Virus record (IMG/VR): IMGVR_UViG_3300021960_000038
DNA length: 37,996 nucleotides
Strand: one strand, 5' to 3'
From: an uncultured virus (IMG/VR IMGVR_UViG_3300021960_000038)
Lineage: Duplodnaviria > Heunggongvirae > Uroviricota > Caudoviricetes
Positions 34,200 to 37,996 of this stretch are shown piece after piece. Every line of letters begins with the position of its first letter. The first letter of the stretch is position 1. Under the pieces are notes generated by a model that had not been told where the DNA came from, did no database searches, and saw only the letters and a program-made list of their open reading frames with translations. A program made the translations under genes and the position numbers.

Positions 34200-36245
34200 C
34201 TATTTTGTAGTTGCTTCCCAGATGCCTTCCCAATCGCTTGGGTTAGATTGTTTCATCTTTTTACATCTTGATACCATTATTTTACTATAATCTTCAAGTG
34301 GTGAAAAGGTGATTTTAGAATATATGTTGATAGATTTATCCCACTCTCCTTTTACATAAGCATCCCAAGCATCTTCTATATCCCTAACAGTATGGTTGTA
34401 CACAGGAATATCAAATACAGTGTAGATGTTAACAGGTTCTTTCTTACCCTTAACAATCAATTTGTCAAGCAGAATCCAAGTTAGATGATCATCATCTATG
34501 CCTTGCTTGGTGTTTTCTGATACAACCAATTCTACACCATAACTTTTTGATTGTCCTTCTAATCTTGCTCCCAAGTTTACAGGATCTCCAAGTACTGAGT
34601 AATCAAATCTTTGATCAGAACCCATGTTTCCTACAACTGCCTCTCCTGTGTTAATCCCTATACCTATGTTGATGGGCAGTAATCCTTCTTCAGTAAGTTC
34701 TTTATTCAAATCTTTCAAATCGTTTAGCATATAAAGTGCAGAGTACACTGCTTTATGTTCTTGGTTCTCTATATCTAAGGGTGCATTCCAAACTGCCATT
34801 ATACAGTCACCCATGTATTTGTCGATCATACCATCTTTCTTTATAATGATATCCGTCATGGGTGTAAGGAATCTATTTATAAGTTTCGTTAATCCTTGTG
34901 GGTCGGTTTTATATTGTTCACTTATGGGAGTAAATCCTCTAATGTCACAGAACAGATAAGTCATTTGTTTGGTCTCACCACCCAACTGTAGCATCTCAGG
35001 ATTCTTTTGTAGTTGTTTAACTAACTTGGGTGATAAATATGTACTGAACTGCTTTGAAATCTGTTGTCTTAATCTAAACTGACGATAGAAGTTATTAAAT
35101 GATGCTTGAGTAAATATAACCCATAACGACAAGAGAGGAAAACTTGCGTCGATCAAAACTTTATAAGAATCATAACTATAAACAGATAAAGCATAACTCC
35201 CGAGAGTTAAAGAAGCAACCAAAGGTATTTGAACAACCAGAGGACTTCGATATACTATCAATACCAACAATAGACCAAGCACCAGACTGGAAATTATTTC
35301 TGCGAGCAGTACTAGCGATGGACGACTAATTACAGTCCCATCTAGCATTGTTTGTAATATGTTTGCTTGAATCTCGTGAGGGAGTTTTGCTCCATATGGA
35401 GTATTCACTTGAGGCACGATGCCTTCTGCGGATACACCCATGATCACTGCTTTGCCTGATAAATCGGGCAGGGTATCTTTACCCAATTCATAACTGTCAA
35501 AGTGATACTTGTAATCTACATACAATCTACCATTTTGATCAGTAACTATTTTATCGTATGGTGGTATTCTAAATGCTTCTATGCCTAACTCATTTACAAA
35601 GACCTGATAGGATTGTTCTCCTGTTAAATTACGCACCATCTCTAAAGCAAACGATGGATAGATCTTATCATTTACATTGATAGAAACTGGAACTTGCCTT
35701 ACTTTACCATCCACATCATTTGGTGCTACTGCTACTCCCACACCAAAAGCAACATCTTCTAGTATGTCTATGTTGGTTACAATTCCTGGATAGTTGTATA
35801 GATAAGGTAAAGCATCACCACCGATAGTACCTGTACCTACATGAGGTGCTTTACTGTCTAAACCTTTGATAGATGGTAGTTGTGAAAGTACGACTCCACC
35901 ATATGGGAGTACTTGAGATAGAAACTCATCATCGGAAGCATTTGATGGATTAGCAAATGTAGTATTAATTCCTAGTACGAACCCACCCTGATTGAATACA
36001 TCTATAATGTAATTACCCAAAATAGATCTATTGATAGGATAACCTGTATTCTGAAGAGTTGTTTCACCAAGTTCTATGAGAACCACCTGATCACTATGTA
36101 CAGGTTCAGTTTTCATAATCCAATCAAACCAATTAAGTCTGAGAGTTTCTACTGGAACAGGATCAGATATTCTTAGAGATGTTAATCCTGCTATAACTAC
36201 TAAGCACATCCACCAAGATGTTAAGAACTTGGCAAATTTACTCAT
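34200..36245 (-). CDS. CHASE2-domain membrane adenylate cyclase (class III)
   Basis: N-terminal TM, extracytoplasmic domain (DVDGKVRQVP, YPSFALE, HEIQANIL), 3 TMs, LFCDIRGFT, DKYMGDCIM, GNMGSDQRFDYSVLGDPVNLGARLE. Confidence 0.93.
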   Translation of the reverse strand: MSKFAKFLTSWWMCLVVIAGLTSLRISDPVPVETLRLNWFDWIMKTEPVHSDQVVLIELGETTLQNTGYPINRSILGNYIIDVFNQGGFVLGINTTFANPSNASDDEFLSQVLPYGGVVLSQLPSIKGLDSKAPHVGTGTIGGDALPYLYNYPGIVTNIDILEDVAFGVGVAVAPNDVDGKVRQVPVSINVNDKIYPSFALEMVRNLTGEQSYQVFVNELGIEAFRIPPYDKIVTDQNGRLYVDYKYHFDSYELGKDTLPDLSGKAVIMGVSAEGIVPQVNTPYGAKLPHEIQANILQTMLDGTVISRPSLVLLAEIISSLVLGLLLVLIVYRSPLVVQIPLVASLTLGSYALSVYSYDSYKVLIDASFPLLSLWVIFTQASFNNFYRQFRLRQQISKQFSTYLSPKLVKQLQKNPEMLQLGGETKQMTYLFCDIRGFTPISEQYKTDPQGLTKLINRFLTPMTDIIIKKDGMIDKYMGDCIMAVWNAPLDIENQEHKAVYSALYMLNDLKDLNKELTEEGLLPINIGIGINTGEAVVGNMGSDQRFDYSVLGDPVNLGARLEGQSKSYGVELVVSENTKQGIDDDHLTWILLDKLIVKGKKEPVNIYTVFDIPVYNHTVRDIEDAWDAYVKGEWDKSINIYSKITFSPLEDYSKIMVSRCKKMKQSNPSDWEGIWEATTK

Positions 36246-36250
36246 ATCAG

Positions 36251-36258
36251 TATTTATT
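36251..36258 (-). promoter_or_regulatory. Late promoter variant AATAAATA (cyclase)
   Basis: 5 nt before ATG 36245; no SD. Confidence 0.6.
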
Positions 36259-36283
36259 AGAATTAGATCTCTTATATATATTA

Positions 36284-36324
36284 TTACGACTTCGTTACGA
36301 TTAAGTTACGATTTCGTTACGAAA
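36284..36324. repeat. 4x TTACGA direct repeat with 11-bp period
   Basis: Copies at 36284, 36295, 36306, 36317; contains palindrome TTTCGT-T-ACGAAA. Confidence 0.85.
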
Positions 36325-36334
36325 GGGGGGAAGC

Positions 36335-36448
36335 ATGAAAAGAAATTTTATATTGTATGGTGCCCTCAAAGCATATAAGAAAATCGATAAGGTTTTAAAG
36401 CAACAACGACTCCATAAAGTATGGAATCGAATATTGAAAGAATCTTAG
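36335..36448 (+). CDS. Putative 37-aa basic peptide (only plus-strand gene candidate)
   Basis: G-rich SD (AAAGGGGGG) then MKRNFILYGALKAYKKIDKVLKQQRLHKVWNRILKES; stop overlaps the convergent stop. Confidence 0.5.
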   Translation: MKRNFILYGALKAYKKIDKVLKQQRLHKVWNRILKES

Positions 36449-36951
36449 AACTTGTATTTGAGTTCTACACCATATTGGTCACGAAGGTGGTGATCGTTCC
36501 AGATTACCACTGACCATTGAAATCTATTTATCCATCTTAATGTGCTAGTTCTATCAACAGTATCTAAATTATTCACCATCAAGAATAGTACAGGAAGCAT
36601 AGTTCCTTTGAGTAAATAGATCTTTTCTTCGCTTGGTCTTTTCCCTATTAAGGGATTCATTTCAAATACCTCACATTCATCATACTCCTGACAATTAGTC
36701 ATTTGTACAGTTTGGTATACATCTACAGCATTCGCAAGTAAGTATGAAGTTGCTAATTTTTTTTGTTTTTTAGTCCATTCTTTATTCTCCACATAGTAGT
36801 TATCTAGATAACCATCTTCTATGGGCATTTTGTAAGAAAGAATGACTTGTTCAATATCAGATAGATGATATTGTTCTGAGATAAGTATCTCTTGGGAATA
36901 TAGGATTGATGGGACTAAGGCAAGGCAAAGCATTGCCAGTGCCCTAGTCAT
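36445..36951 (-). CDS. Secreted/membrane hypothetical protein
   Basis: Signal-peptide-like N-terminus; ANAVDVYQT...EMNPLIG motif. Confidence 0.7.
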   Translation of the reverse strand: MTRALAMLCLALVPSILYSQEILISEQYHLSDIEQVILSYKMPIEDGYLDNYYVENKEWTKKQKKLATSYLLANAVDVYQTVQMTNCQEYDECEVFEMNPLIGKRPSEEKIYLLKGTMLPVLFLMVNNLDTVDRTSTLRWINRFQWSVVIWNDHHLRDQYGVELKYKF

Positions 36952-37081
36952 CACAATCCTCTGGATTTTGGGAACAATAAAGTTTAACTGCTCTAATCAT
37001 AAAGAACATTTCACCTTGAGTTAAATCTCCATCACCTTTGCCTGAATTAGACTTTTGTGGTGAGGAGGACTTTACTTTCCC
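36944..37081 (-). other. Predicted programmed -1 frameshift site and 43-aa extension
   Basis: G GGA AAG directly before TAA; downstream CTCCTCACC/GGTGATGGAG stem; -1 frame open to TAG 36944. Confidence 0.7.
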
Positions 37082-37356
37082 TCTTCTTTTTTAGGGTTTT
37101 GTAGTTCGTCAGTTTGTCTATCAACTTCTTCTACTACTGTATCAACAACTCCGCCAACTGCGTCAGATGCTGTTTTGGTTATATCAGAAGCATCTTTTAA
37201 TACTGCTTGTGATACACCACCCACTGTTTTGACTGATGCGTCAACTACGCCAGTCGTTAACATTTTTCCTCCGTCAATCACAGCACCAACTGATGCACAA
37301 GATTGAACGAAAAGAGCAAACATTATTATGCTTAATGTAGTTTTTAACATTTTCAT
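37072..37356 (-). CDS. Small lipoprotein
   Basis: MLKTTLSIIMFALFVQS-C lipobox; Gly/Val/Ala amphipathic repeats. Confidence 0.75.
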   Translation of the reverse strand: MKMLKTTLSIIMFALFVQSCASVGAVIDGGKMLTTGVVDASVKTVGGVSQAVLKDASDITKTASDAVGGVVDTVVEEVDRQTDELQNPKKEEGK

Positions 37357-37393
37357 TTTCCTATAATTCGGGCATATGCCCATTAACATAAAG

Positions 37394-37401
37394 TATTTAT
37401 A
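37394..37401 (-). promoter_or_regulatory. T4-type late promoter TATAAATA
   Basis: Exact consensus, intergenic, upstream of the lipoprotein. Confidence 0.7.
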
Positions 37402-37407
37402 CTTATT

Positions 37408-37995
37408 TTAGTTGCCTTGCGTCACAGAAACAGAGCAACCCCCAACTGTTTGACAATCTTGCGTAAGAGAATAAGTTTGTGCTGTAGTTCCTTGTTGAAG
37501 CATATATAAGTCTGTAGCATACAAACCATTGATTGATACTGTAGCACTATGAGTTGCACTTCCCTTTTGTATCATATCAATATCATTGTTGCTGTTATTA
37601 ATTGTTAATGTGAGTGTTTTGTTTTGGTTGCTTTCTTGTCTTGTGTACACATCGTTGTAATCACCATAGATATAGGTGATGTTTGAATGTTCGTGTCCTG
37701 AGTTATTTGCTCGTTGACTTCCTAAAAACTTATTGTTAGAACCATGAATATCTAATTGTGTAAAATGTCCACCATATTCATAATCATCTATAGCATGTAA
37801 AGAACCATCGGCATCAACTCTGTATCCTTGGTAAAAATCAACATCATTGCTATCACCCTGTATATGAAACTCAAACCTATCACCCCCACAGGATGATCCT
37901 TGATTACATGTTTGTATAATTTTTAAATTATTGTAATCGCCATCTAAATCTCCACCCCAACTTAAACCTGAACCCCATAATGTAGTGAAACCAAC
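37408..37995 (-). CDS. Curlin-like repeat protein, C-terminal part (starts beyond the window)
   Basis: Frame open to the window edge; repeats GDYNNLKIIQ, GDSNDVDFYQ, GSNNKFLGSQ, GDYNDVYTRQ, NSNNDIDMIQ; ends CQTVGGCSVSVTQGN. Confidence 0.7.
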   Translation of the reverse strand, partial: VGFTTLWGSGLSWGGDLDGDYNNLKIIQTCNQGSSCGGDRFEFHIQGDSNDVDFYQGYRVDADGSLHAIDDYEYGGHFTQLDIHGSNNKFLGSQRANNSGHEHSNITYIYGDYNDVYTRQESNQNKTLTLTINNSNNDIDMIQKGSATHSATVSINGLYATDLYMLQQGTTAQTYSLTQDCQTVGGCSVSVTQGN

Positions 37996-37996
37996 A

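Noticed and set aside
36284..36324. Mini-CRISPR interpretation of the repeat
   Set aside because: 6-bp units with 5-bp spacers are far too short, and no cas genes are present.

Overview
A 38 kb segment of an AT-rich T4-like myophage (Tevenvirinae/Kyanoviridae-like, probably marine), read with the standard genetic code and coded almost entirely on the minus strand. Core genes: gp43 polymerase, UvsX, gp41 helicase, gp61 primase, NrdA/NrdB/glutaredoxin, RuvC-like resolvase, lysozyme, an overlapping spanin-like pair, Hsp20, peroxiredoxin and four tRNAs (Thr, Ala, Asp, Glu). A late block (about 10.3-22.2 kb) holds putative head-associated proteins, several with T4 capsid-targeting-like N-termini, plus a cytidyltransferase-like enzyme, a ligase-fold protein and a PD-(D/E)xK-like nuclease. 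Sulfotransferase-like and 2OG-Fe(II)/TauD-like genes are inserted singly between core genes. The right end carries an envelope module: curlin-repeat protein, lipoprotein, secreted protein and CHASE2 adenylate cyclase. Highlights outside the ORF track are a lambda-type G GGA AAG -1 frameshift with a downstream stem-loop that extends the lipoprotein by 43 aa, a 4x TTACGA array with 11-bp period upstream of the cyclase, a ROSE-like 5' UTR on hsp20, a cUUCGg structured leader behind its own promoter, and repeated promoters that predict leaderless mRNAs. Family names were assigned by eye from motifs; no database search was run.
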